Shown: positions 8,868 to 17,917 of the stretch, piece after piece
How the letters are laid out: each line of letters starts with the position of its first letter
How positions within the stretch are numbered: position 1 is the first letter of the stretch
From: an uncultured delta proteobacterium
GTDB taxonomy: Bacteria; Myxococcota_A; Polyangia; Polyangiales; B10-G4
DNA: 64,000 bases
Assembly: GCA_963727445.1 (NCBI GenBank)
Contig: CAVSGI010000009.1
Coordinates: 576,001 to 640,000, forward strand
Direction: 5' to 3'
Notes under the pieces: model-generated
What the model saw: the letters and a program-made list of their open reading frames with translations, nothing else
Databases searched by the model: none
Told to the model about the DNA's origin: nothing
Translations under genes and position numbers: made by a program

Positions 8868-10279
8868 CAGAGTCGGTGGAGCTTGACCGTGTTCGGGCGC
8901 ACCGACGTGGGCCAGGCGCAGACGAGGCCGAAGTGATCTCCGGCCTTGGCGAGCTTCTCACGAACGAGGAGCGCCGTCGCGATTCTCAGCGTCTCCTCCA
9001 TGTCTTCCGGCGGGACTTCGAGATAGGGCCGCACGCCCCATTCGAGTGCCAACCGGCTCGCGATCTTGGGGTCGGAGGTGATTGCGACGATCGGCGATTT
9101 CGGTCTGTATTCGCTCAGGAGCTGGGCGGTGGTTCCACCTCGGGTGAAGACCACCAGCACTTGGAGCGGCAGCGCGAAGCTCAAGAGCGCCGCGGCGCGG
9201 GCGGCGGCGTTGCTCTCCGCCCAGTCTCCGTGCTCCTGGAAGGCCTCGAGGTTCTTCGGCTCGGTCTCCGGATCGTTCAGGACCTCGCCCTCCACCTCGC
9301 TGATGATGCTCGACATCATCTTCACCGACTGCGTCGGATAGCGACCCGAAGCCGTCTCCCCACTCAACATGAGCGCGTCGCTTCCGTCGAGGACCGCGTT
9401 GGCGACGTCGTTCGCCTCGGCGCGCGTGGGGCGCGGGTTGCGGATCATCGAGTCGAGCATCTGCGTCGCGGTGATGACGATCTTCCCGCGCCGGTTCACC
9501 GACCGGATGATGCGCTTCTGGATCAGCGGCACCTTCTCGGACCCGACCTCCACCCCGAGATCTCCGCGCGCGACCATCAATCCGTCGGCCTGGTCGGCGA
9601 TGGATTCGAGGTTCTCGATGGCCTCTGGCTTCTCCATCTTGGCGATGACCGGCGTCCCCTTGGAGAGCGCCTGTGTCTCGCGCACGTCTTCGGCCGTCCG
9701 CACGAAGGAGAGGGCGACGTAGTCCACGCCGATCTCGTCGACCGCGAATGCGAGGTCGGAGCGGTCCTTCTGGGTCAGGGAGGGGGTCGACAGATTGACC
9801 CCGGGAAGGTTCAGGCCCTTCCTGTCGCTCAGCGTGCCGGGGACCGTGACCGTGCAGACCACCTCGTCGCCTTCGATCCGATCGACCTTCATGCCGATGA
9901 GACCGTCATCGATGAGGATGTCGTCTCCGGGCTTCACGTCTGAAGGCAGCGCCGAATAGGACACGCTCACCCTTTCGGCGTTCCCGTCGACGTCTTCAGT
10001 GGTGATGCGAAACTCCTGACCGGCCTCGAGCTCCACCGGGCCGCCCGAGAATTTTCCGATGCGGATCTTCGGCCCGCAGAGATCGGCGAGGATCGCGATC
10101 GGGCGCCGCGCCTTGGCCGACGCCTCCCGCACCAGTCGCGCGGTCTCGGCATGTGTGGCGTGGTCGCCGTGTGAGAAGTTGAGTCGCGCACAGTCCATGC
10201 CCGCCTCGACGAGGCTCGCGATTCCCTCGCGAGTCGCACTTGCGGGTCCCAGGGTGCAGACGATTTTTGCCCGCCTCAT
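8867..10279 (-). CDS. pyk: Pyruvate kinase
   Basis: KIVCTLGPA, RLNFSHG, DLCGPKIR, MVARGDLGVE, ATQMLDSM, MLSGETA. The ORF-track N-terminal extension is spurious. Confidence 0.97.
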   Translation of the reverse strand: MRRAKIVCTLGPASATREGIASLVEAGMDCARLNFSHGDHATHAETARLVREASAKARRPIAILADLCGPKIRIGKFSGGPVELEAGQEFRITTEDVDGNAERVSVSYSALPSDVKPGDDILIDDGLIGMKVDRIEGDEVVCTVTVPGTLSDRKGLNLPGVNLSTPSLTQKDRSDLAFAVDEIGVDYVALSFVRTAEDVRETQALSKGTPVIAKMEKPEAIENLESIADQADGLMVARGDLGVEVGSEKVPLIQKRIIRSVNRRGKIVITATQMLDSMIRNPRPTRAEANDVANAVLDGSDALMLSGETASGRYPTQSVKMMSSIISEVEGEVLNDPETEPKNLEAFQEHGDWAESNAAARAAALLSFALPLQVLVVFTRGGTTAQLLSEYRPKSPIVAITSDPKIASRLALEWGVRPYLEVPPEDMEETLRIATALLVREKLAKAGDHFGLVCAWPTSVRPNTVKLHRL

Positions 10280-10327
10280 GGACATCCTTTTACCGTTTTT
10301 CCGTGCCCATGTGGCACCCTCCGAACC

Positions 10328-11098
10328 ATGTTCCGTGCCGTGGTCGCCAGTCTCGTGGGTTTCGCCCTGGTCGTGGCCGTAGCCGGTTGTGCCTATCCGC
10401 GCCGCTCGACCTCCCTCTCCCCGGCTCCACCCGGCTCCACCTCGGTGGCGGTGCCGGAGCACGTCTGGCAGCTCGAGTTCGTCTCTGCCCACGTGCCCCC
10501 CCGGGATCGGGGCGGACACGCGTGGGATGACGACGGCGACCCGGATCCCCTGATTCGCCTCTATCGCGGCGACCAGCTGGTGTGGGAGTCCGAACCGAAG
10601 ATGGACACCCTCGAGCCCGAGTTCGACGTGACGCTCCCCAAGAACGTCTGGGTCCCCCCGGACCAGATGCTTCGAATCGAGCTCTGGGACCGTGACGTCA
10701 GCGATCACATCATCGGCACCTGGCAGGGACGTGGCCTCCCTCCGAACGCGCTGCCCGATGCCGATGCGCGGATCATGCTCGAGGGTGGGGCGACCATCGT
10801 GCTCCGTGTGAAGCCTCCGCGAGCGCACCGGGGCGTCGGCATCACGCTCTTCGAGGCGCGCGGCAGCTCGCTGCGGGTCGTCGAGATCGAGCAGTTCTCG
10901 CCGGCCGGCCGCGCGGGGATCGTCGTCGGTGACGACATCGTGAAGATCGGTGACAAGGCGGTCTCGGAGCTCAACGACGCCCAGGCGGCGAGCGCGCTCT
11001 CGCTGGCGCTCGATCGGGAGTCTCCCATCGTCGTCGAGCACGAAGGCCAGCGCCGGACCGTCACGATGGATCGCGACTTCGTCTGGTTGAGCATGTGA
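10328..11098 (+). CDS. Lipoprotein with C2-like and PDZ domains
   Basis: Lipobox VAGC; DDDGDPDP..DTLEPEF..LRIELWDRD (C2-like); GVGITL..SPAGRAGIVVGDDIVKIG (PDZ). Confidence 0.75.
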   Translation: MFRAVVASLVGFALVVAVAGCAYPRRSTSLSPAPPGSTSVAVPEHVWQLEFVSAHVPPRDRGGHAWDDDGDPDPLIRLYRGDQLVWESEPKMDTLEPEFDVTLPKNVWVPPDQMLRIELWDRDVSDHIIGTWQGRGLPPNALPDADARIMLEGGATIVLRVKPPRAHRGVGITLFEARGSSLRVVEIEQFSPAGRAGIVVGDDIVKIGDKAVSELNDAQAASALSLALDRESPIVVEHEGQRRTVTMDRDFVWLSM

Positions 11099-11685
11099 GC
11101 TCTCCCCGGCTGTCTGCGCTCGGCCTGATCGCGGTGGCCTCGATCGGCTCGTGGATGGGCGCGCCCGAAAGTGCGCACGCGGACGCGCAGGTTTCGTCGC
11201 GGTTGGGGATCGGGGGTGGGGCGCGCCGGGGCGCGCTGGGCGCCGTCGACGGCCGCTTCGAAATGCTGCTCCGCGCGGAGGTCCTCTTCGGCGGTGCGCG
11301 GCCCGACGTCGTCCGTGTCGGTCCGGCGATCGATCTCCGGACGGGCAACTTCGCGTCGGCGGAGGTCGCGGGGGGCCTCACGCTCCTCTTGCCCGTCGCC
11401 TCCGGTTGGCCGCTCTGGCTCACCGCCGGCGCGGGCTATGCGGCCCGCGACGACGGCCCGAGCGCAGCCATCGGACTCGTCACGATCGCGTTTGGTTATC
11501 GGGACTACGATTACAGCGATCCCTACGGCTTCGCGGTCGACGTCTACGCGACCTATCGCACGGATTTCGAGGACCCCTCCCGCTTCGAGATCACGGCGGG
11601 GCTTTCCTTCGATCTCGAGCTGATTTTCGTCCTTCCAACGCGCCTCTTGGCCACGTGGATCACCGCCGGCGATCCCGACGAGTGA
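11095..11685 (+). CDS. Hypothetical secreted, beta-barrel-like protein
   Basis: Signal peptide ending AHA-D; alternating hydrophobic strands; 4-bp overlap with the upstream gene. Confidence 0.65.
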   Translation: MSSPRLSALGLIAVASIGSWMGAPESAHADAQVSSRLGIGGGARRGALGAVDGRFEMLLRAEVLFGGARPDVVRVGPAIDLRTGNFASAEVAGGLTLLLPVASGWPLWLTAGAGYAARDDGPSAAIGLVTIAFGYRDYDYSDPYGFAVDVYATYRTDFEDPSRFEITAGLSFDLELIFVLPTRLLATWITAGDPDE

Positions 11686-11700
11686 GGCCGAGCGCTCGCC

Positions 11701-11764
11701 GAGATCCCTCAGGCATCGGGCGTTTGTCGGGCCCGAAGCGCGCTGACGACTCCTTGGGGATGAC
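11701..11764. repeat. Possible REP-like palindromic half-element (GAGATCCCTC...GGGATGAC type)
   Basis: Reverse strand reads GTCATCCCCAAGGAG...TGAGGGATCTC, resembling the GTCATCC..GGATCT class of intergenic repeats. Single copy in this window. Confidence 0.3.
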
Positions 11765-11821
11765 GTGTCTCGACGGTAGGATGTGCCCCGTCGTCCTACA
11801 GCGTACGGGAAGGGTGGACAG

Positions 11822-14023
11822 GTGGGCGCCGAAGAGAGCTCTTTGCAGCGCGTGGTCGAAGACGGGGTCGATCAACTCCGTGCGGGCCTCACGGTTCTGA
11901 CGCGCGTCGCGCTCGAGCCGAAAGACGTGCCGCCGATCAAGGCGCGCGTAGACGGTTGCGTGGCGGCGTTCCTCTCGCTGCCGCTGCCACAGCAAGCTGA
12001 GTACAAGTCGCGGGCGACCGGGCTCGAGCCGGAGATCGACGAGGTCAAGGCGCTCCTGCTGCGCGCCGACGCGAAGGTGCCGATGGGGACCTTCCGGCGC
12101 AAGATCGACACCGCCTCGCTCGACGCCGACCAGCTCGTCAGCTACGCGCGCCTGTTGGCTACGAAGCCTTTCGACGGGGGCCCGCTACAGCAGCGCTTCG
12201 AGCTGATCGTCACGCGGGCGCTCTCGGTGGAGAAGCCGGGGCGCGTTTTGGCCCTGCGTCCGCTCGCTGAGCGCGACGCGATCCTCGATCGCATTCTCGT
12301 CGGTCACGTCGGTGATCCGGCGAGGCGCGAAGAGGCCACGAAGTTCTTCGCGGACGCGAAGGCTCGGCTCTCCGAGTTCGCCGATGCGGGACAGCTCTTC
12401 GAAGCGAACTTCGATCGTGAGGCTCGCGCCTTCGAATCGGAGCTGGGCGACGGGCTCCTCGACCGTGAAGTGCTCTCGGCGTTGGTGGAGTTCGAGGTTG
12501 CCTTCAACGCGCGCCGCCTCGCGATCCCTGCTTCCGCGCATCCCATGTCGCTGGCTCCGGGGCCTGCGGGCCCCTCACGTCGAGCGCCGCGGCGGCCTCC
12601 GCTCCTGAGCCGGCCCGCGCCACCACCCGTGCCGGGTGGTGTTCCGGCCGACCTGGCATCCTTGATCGACGAGAGCGTCGCCGAAGTCGGCGATGCCGCT
12701 GCGGCCGGCGAAGCCGCCATCGAGCTCGCCTCCGAAGACTCGGGCGACGGGACGGCGCCGGCGAAGGAGAGCTCGCCGGCCGAGCTGGCCGCGGTGCTCT
12801 TCGACGAGGCGGAAGACCGCGTCCGCGCCATCGCCGATCTCTTGGACGTAGGGCAGGCGCTCGGGGTCGATGCCTCACACCTCGAGCTCGTCCGAAGCAC
12901 TCTGGATCTGTGCAAGAAGAACCTCGACGCGCTCGGGGAGCCGGGAAGCGAGGGCTACGAGAGGCGGCTTCGGACCTACGAGGAGTCGGTCTCGGTGGGC
13001 GAGGAGACGGCGCTCGAGATCGACGCCCTCATCGACATGCGGTCGACGAAGGAGTGGTTCGAGGAGGCGCCGCGATCGCCGGAGCTGCTCCAGCGCTACG
13101 CTCGCCTTCTCGGCGGCGCACGCCGCCTCCGGGACGTGCAGCTCGACCGGCTCGAGTTCCTGGTCACGCGCCTGTTGTCGACCGATGCCGGAAACGAACG
13201 GAAGCAGATGGCGTCGCGCGCCGAAGCCGCGCCGATCCTCGAGTACGTCCTCGTCGAGCGCCCACACGTCGAGGCGCACGAGCGCGCGAGCGCGGTGACC
13301 TTCTTTCGCGATGCCACCCTGCAGCTCGCCACCCTCCACTCGCTGGAAGAGGTCTTCGACGGGGGCTTCTACCTGGACGTGCGCGGATACAAGGTCGCGC
13401 TCAGGGATCAGCTGCGCGACCCCGACGTCCTCTACGCCGCCATCGCCTTGAACGTCGCGATCCACAACCGGCTCGAGGAGATGCGCGAGCTCGAGCTGCG
13501 CTCGCGGCACAGCCTCCACGACATGGTGGGAGCCGAGGAGGAGGAGGTTCAAAAGGCGTTCATGAAGCGCACGAGCCTGCGGGCCAACCAGCGCTTCGAA
13601 GAGACGCGACGGTACCTCGAGAAGTATCGCGAGAACGTCGACAAAGGCGTGGCGAAGCGCCCGCCGCTGGGCCGCCGCCAGGTCTTTCGCGGGATCATGG
13701 CGGCGGTGGCCGTCATCCTCGCGGTCGTCGCGTGGGTCTTGATCGATCGCGACGTCAACTCGGTTCGCGCGATGTCGTCCTCGGACCTGGAGCGCCTGTC
13801 CCCCGTGCTCGAGTCGGGGGGCATCTCGGTCGGCGAGAGCCGAGCGTTCATCGGCGCCGTCTCCTCGGCGCGCTGGATGCTCCTGTCGCCGGAGGAGAGG
13901 CATGACGCCGCCGAATCCATCTTGAGCGGCCTGAGCCGATACCAATGCCACTCCGCGTGGATCACGCGTGACGGACGCCAAGCGATCCAGATCGAAGGCG
14001 GGGAGCTCGTGAGCGTCGAATGA
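11822..14023 (+). CDS. Hypothetical protein with an internally duplicated helical domain and a C-terminal TM/periplasmic domain
   Basis: Long ORF with coding bias; two similar blocks (YARLL..RFELIVTRAL..FFADA.. and YARLL..RLEFLVTRLL..FFRDA..); overlaps the downstream kinase gene. GTG start inferred. Confidence 0.75.
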   Translation: MGAEESSLQRVVEDGVDQLRAGLTVLTRVALEPKDVPPIKARVDGCVAAFLSLPLPQQAEYKSRATGLEPEIDEVKALLLRADAKVPMGTFRRKIDTASLDADQLVSYARLLATKPFDGGPLQQRFELIVTRALSVEKPGRVLALRPLAERDAILDRILVGHVGDPARREEATKFFADAKARLSEFADAGQLFEANFDREARAFESELGDGLLDREVLSALVEFEVAFNARRLAIPASAHPMSLAPGPAGPSRRAPRRPPLLSRPAPPPVPGGVPADLASLIDESVAEVGDAAAAGEAAIELASEDSGDGTAPAKESSPAELAAVLFDEAEDRVRAIADLLDVGQALGVDASHLELVRSTLDLCKKNLDALGEPGSEGYERRLRTYEESVSVGEETALEIDALIDMRSTKEWFEEAPRSPELLQRYARLLGGARRLRDVQLDRLEFLVTRLLSTDAGNERKQMASRAEAAPILEYVLVERPHVEAHERASAVTFFRDATLQLATLHSLEEVFDGGFYLDVRGYKVALRDQLRDPDVLYAAIALNVAIHNRLEEMRELELRSRHSLHDMVGAEEEEVQKAFMKRTSLRANQRFEETRRYLEKYRENVDKGVAKRPPLGRRQVFRGIMAAVAVILAVVAWVLIDRDVNSVRAMSSSDLERLSPVLESGGISVGESRAFIGAVSSARWMLLSPEERHDAAESILSGLSRYQCHSAWITRDGRQAIQIEGGELVSVE

Positions 14024-15318
14024 TCGCGCTCCGATCGCCGATGGCTTTCGGGGTCATCGCTCTCGCGCTCGCCGGCGCGGGGGCGATCTTCTGGGGGCAG
14101 ACCCTCGACCAGCGCGCGATCGCGGGATCGAAGGAGAGCGCGTTTCATGCGGTGAGCCGAACGCGGGCGCTCGACCGCATGTCGTTCGACGAGACCGTTG
14201 ACCACGATCAGCTCCGCGCGTGGCAGCGAGATGCGCGCGATCCACAGGAGCGCGAGGTGCTCGAGGCTCTGTCCGCCTGCGAAGGGGCGGCGGCCTGCGA
14301 CTCGGCCCGGAGGCGCGCCCGGGAGCACTACGCGGAGGCGCTCGAGCGCGCCTGGGCAGCGTCCCAGGACGCCGCTGATCGCGCGGGCTGGGCCACGGGC
14401 GCTGGCGTCTTGAGCTTAGCGGGCGCCCTCCTGCTCGCCATCGCTTCGGCTCGGCGCGGGGTGCCAAAGGCGCCGCCGGCCGTGAGCCCCGAGGCCCCGC
14501 CCGATGCCGAGCCGGCCGCCCAGCCGGAGGTGGAGGCGCTTCTGCGCCGGCGGCTCGAGGAGCTCTATGCCGCGCGCCTGAGGGCCTGGGAGAGCGACCG
14601 CTTCGCGGCCTACGGCGAGCTCGCCGCCGGGCTCTCGCACGGCCTCAAGACTCCCCTCGCGAGCATTCGAGCGGCGACCCAGGTCGCGATCCGCCGACTC
14701 GGGCAGGAGCATCCGGCGACGCCGCAGCTCTACGACGTCATCGCGGAGGTCGACGCGCTGGTCGAGCAGATCAAGCGATTCCTCGCGGCGACCGGTTCGG
14801 GCGAGCCGGTGCCCGCGCGCGTCGCGCCCGGTCAGCTGGTCGATGCCATCGAGAGCAGCTACGCCAGCGAAGCGGCGGAGCGGGGAGTGAACCTGCGTTG
14901 CGAGGTCGACGATTCACTCGGAGAGGTGTTGGTCGACGCTGCGCTCCTCGAGATGGCGCTCCGCAACCTGGTGGAGAACGCGCTCGCCGTCGCGCCGGAA
15001 GGGAGCACGGTGCGGGTCTACGCCGGGCCGACGGAGCCGCCGTCGCGTGTCGGGCTGGACAACGTCGCCCCAGCGAGTGGGCGGTGGTGCGAGATCGTGA
15101 TCGCCGACGAAGGGCCGGGGATTCCTTCGGAGGCGCTGGGCACCGGCCCTGTCGAGTCGACCAAGGCGAACGGGAGCGGTCTGGGCCTCGCCATCGCGCG
15201 CCGGATCACGGCGCGGCACGGCGGCGCGCTCCTCGTGGATACCAGCCCCACCGACGGAACCTCGGTGAGGGCGGTGCTTCCGGCGGCGCCGGAGGAAGGC
15301 AGAGGGGTCAGGGCATGA
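14020..15318 (+). CDS. Sensor histidine kinase
   Basis: Two TMs; H-box AAGLSHGLKTPL, N-box NLVENA, DEGPGI, GSGLGL. Confidence 0.9.
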   Translation: MIALRSPMAFGVIALALAGAGAIFWGQTLDQRAIAGSKESAFHAVSRTRALDRMSFDETVDHDQLRAWQRDARDPQEREVLEALSACEGAAACDSARRRAREHYAEALERAWAASQDAADRAGWATGAGVLSLAGALLLAIASARRGVPKAPPAVSPEAPPDAEPAAQPEVEALLRRRLEELYAARLRAWESDRFAAYGELAAGLSHGLKTPLASIRAATQVAIRRLGQEHPATPQLYDVIAEVDALVEQIKRFLAATGSGEPVPARVAPGQLVDAIESSYASEAAERGVNLRCEVDDSLGEVLVDAALLEMALRNLVENALAVAPEGSTVRVYAGPTEPPSRVGLDNVAPASGRWCEIVIADEGPGIPSEALGTGPVESTKANGSGLGLAIARRITARHGGALLVDTSPTDGTSVRAVLPAAPEEGRGVRA

Positions 15319-16695
15319 TCTTCATCGTCGAAGACGAGCCGGTGCTCCGGCGTTCGTTCGTGGAGTTCCTGTCTCTCGCCGGCCGGCCGGTGGAGGGCTT
15401 CGAGACCGCGGAGGCGGCGCTCGAAGCGGCGCACGAATCGCCGCCCGACGTCATCATCTCCGATCTCCAACTTCCGGGAATGGGCGGTCTCGAGCTCCTG
15501 GAGAAGCTCGCTGACATCGATCCGTCCATGGTGCGCATCGCCGTCACCGCCCACTCGTCGACGAAGTTCCGTCCTCGCGGCGATGCGCAGCGGTTGTTAC
15601 GAGTATCTCGAAAAGCCAATCGACCTCGATCAGCTCGAGCGTCTGGTGGAGCGAGCGCTGGCCGCGAAGCGCACGGAGCGCGAGCTCGGATGGCTTCGTG
15701 AAGGGGAGGGCGCGTCCGAGGGCTCGGCGCTGGTCGGTGACAGCCCGGCGATCGTCGCCATCCGGCGCGAGATCGAAATGCTGGGCGCCATCGGCAAGCA
15801 GGCGCCGCCGGTCCTGGTCATCGGGGAGACCGGCGCAGGCAAGGGGCTGGTCTCTCGACTCGTGCATCGCGCGCGCTTCGGCGACGACGCTCCCTTCATC
15901 GAGGTCAACTGCGCGGCGCTGCCCGCCAACCTGATCGAGGCGGAGCTCTTCGGATACGAGAAGAGCGCGTTCACCGACGCCAAGACCGCGAAGCCCGGCC
16001 TCTTCGAGGCCGCGGAGAACGGGACCATCTTCCTCGACGAGATCGGGGAGCTCGAGCTCTCCCTGCAGCCGAAGCTGCTCTCGGTCGTGGAGTCGGGGCG
16101 AGTGCGCCGCCTCGGCGGGGTCCGCGATCGACCGATCTCCGCGAACATCATCGCGGCCACCAACGTGGACCTCGAGCGGCGCGTGAAGGCTGGCCAGTTC
16201 CGCGCCGACCTCTACCACCGCCTGGCGGCCTTCACCCTCTCGGTGCCGCCCCTCAGAAAGCGCGACGGGGACGCGGTGACTCTCGCGCGGACGTTCATGC
16301 GCGAGTCGGCGCGCAAGTACGACAAAGCGCTCACGAAGCTCTCCGAGGCCGCCGAGAAGCGCATCCTCGCCAACGAGTGGCTGGGGAACGTTCGCGAGCT
16401 CCGCTTCGCCATGGAGCGCGCGGTGATTCTCGCGGACCCACACGCGACGACATTGAGTGCGGAACACCTACCTGGCGGCGCCGCGGACGGCTCCGCGGCG
16501 GTCGACGCGGCGGGCTCGGACGAGATCATGGTGGCGCTGCCTGAAGAGGGTGTGCCCTTCGAAGACCTGGAAAAGGCCATCCTCTCCGCCGCCCTGGAGC
16601 GCGCGGGCGGCAACGTGGCAGGCGCTGCGCGGCTTCTGTCGCTGAGTCGCGAGACCATGCGCTACAGGCTCAAGAAGCTCGGGCTCGTTGGTTGA
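15315..16695 (+). CDS. NtrC/PilR-family sigma54-dependent response regulator; apparent +1 frameshift at ~15567
   Basis: Receiver IVEDE..SDLQLPG, then (after removing one T) SVLAAMRSGCYEYLEKP. AAA+ motifs GETGAGK, ELFGYEKSAFTDA, FLDEIGE, FRADLYHRL, WLGNVREL; Fis-type HTH. Confidence 0.9.
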
Positions 16696-16776
16696 TATCC
16701 ACCACTCGGGTGCTCGCGGTGGTTGATTTGAACCAACGCCGCACCGCCGAAACGAGCGAGTCTGGGGAAATCGACA

Positions 16777-16792
16777 TGGAACGCAGGATGCA
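16777..16792 (+). promoter_or_regulatory. Putative sigma54 -24/-12 promoter of the pilin gene
   Basis: TGGAACGCAGGATGCA has exact GG-N10-GC spacing and lies directly downstream of a sigma54 activator gene. Confidence 0.55.
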
Positions 16793-16805
16793 AAGGAGGT
16801 CGGAC

Positions 16806-17213
16806 GTGGATCGACGCGCACGGCGGAAGCGAAGGCGACAGGCGGGTTTCACGATCATGGAGATGATGTTCGTCGTCCTGATCGTGGGCCTGCTCGCGAG
16901 CGTCGCGATGCCCAGCTACTCGATGTACATGCTCAAGGCCCGTCGCACCGAAGCGGTCGTGGGCCTGCACCGCATCTGGGACATGCAGCAGGCCTACTAC
17001 TACAACCACGACGAGACCTACGCGGGCGATTTCGATTCACTCGGCTTCTACGGCTACGAGCGAATCGACGCCCACACCGTGTTCGGCCAGCGCTACACGT
17101 ACCGCATCTCGCAGCCCTGGGGTGAAGACTCCTGGTACTGCTCCGCCACGGCGAACGTGGATGCCGACGACTGGCCCGACGTGTTGATCACCGGCTACCG
17201 CCCAGCAGACTGA
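16806..17213 (+). CDS. Type IV pilin-like protein (prepilin)
   Basis: Basic leader RRARRKRRRQAG|FTIMEMMFVVLIVGLLASVAMP with E5 and P22. GTG at 16806 is preceded by GGAGG; 16776 is an alternative start. Confidence 0.9.
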   Translation: MDRRARRKRRRQAGFTIMEMMFVVLIVGLLASVAMPSYSMYMLKARRTEAVVGLHRIWDMQQAYYYNHDETYAGDFDSLGFYGYERIDAHTVFGQRYTYRISQPWGEDSWYCSATANVDADDWPDVLITGYRPAD

Positions 17214-17221
17214 AAGGAACC

Positions 17222-17848
17222 ATGCCCATGCTCGAGCTCAGGAACAAGAAGGGGAAGCTTTTCGACCCGAAGACCTTGCTGAAGGTCTCCGGGCTCGGAG
17301 CACTGGGCCTGGTCATCATTCTCTTCTCGACGGACGCGTTCGCCTCCGGCGGGTGGTTGCACATCCTCTACGATGACTGGAACAACGGTTACTACCCGGT
17401 GGACGACTTCGATCCGAGTGGCCTCGGTGGTGGTGAGCCCACCACCAGCGCGGGCGGCGGTGACGAAGGTGGCGACGAGGGCGGCTCGGCCGGCAGCGGT
17501 GACGAGGGCTCGGCAGGCGGCGGCGACGAAGGCGGCTCGGCCGGCGGCGGCGGTGACGAGGGCTCGGCGGGCGGCGGCGGTGACGACGAGGGTTCGGCCG
17601 GCGGCGGCGACGAGGGCTCGGCCGGCGGCGGTGACGAGGGCTCGGCCGGCGGCGGCGGCGACGACGACCACGGTTCGGGCGGCGGCCATGACGACGACCA
17701 CGGCTCGGGCTCTTCGATGGGTCGGTGCGCAGGCGGCAGCAGCACCGGCGGCGATGATGACTGCGGTCACGGCAACGACGACGACGGCTACGACGAAGAC
17801 AACCCCGGCGCGTCCACCGGCACGATGCGCGGCGGCTCGATGAGCTGA
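17222..17848 (+). CDS. Secreted or anchored Gly/Asp-rich repeat protein
   Basis: Hydrophobic segment ending AFA-S; about 7 GGGDEG(G)SA repeats; C-terminal CGHGNDDDGYDEDNPG. Confidence 0.75.
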   Translation: MPMLELRNKKGKLFDPKTLLKVSGLGALGLVIILFSTDAFASGGWLHILYDDWNNGYYPVDDFDPSGLGGGEPTTSAGGGDEGGDEGGSAGSGDEGSAGGGDEGGSAGGGGDEGSAGGGGDDEGSAGGGDEGSAGGGDEGSAGGGGDDDHGSGGGHDDDHGSGSSMGRCAGGSSTGGDDDCGHGNDDDGYDEDNPGASTGTMRGGSMS

Positions 17849-17871
17849 GCGCCCATTGACTGCCATGGGCG

Positions 17872-17903
17872 GAGCCCCGAGGACGAACGCGTCCTCGGGG
17901 CTC
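17872..17903. terminator. Hairpin between convergent genes, probable terminator
   Basis: GAGCCCCGAGGACG-AACG-CGTCCTCGGGGCTC, a perfect 14-bp stem. Confidence 0.75.
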
Positions 17904-17917
17904 TTGTCGTCTACGCG

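Noticed and set aside
10280..11041. N-terminal extension of pyruvate kinase in the ORF track (similar extensions on LOG, zapA, the amidohydrolase and the 57675 kinase)
   Set aside because: The extensions overlap genuine neighbouring genes; family homology starts at the downstream start codons.
15560..15575. Programmed frameshifting or pseudogenisation at the split genes
   Set aside because: No shared slippery sequence; all six breaks are single duplicated bases in otherwise intact genes, best explained by sequencing error.
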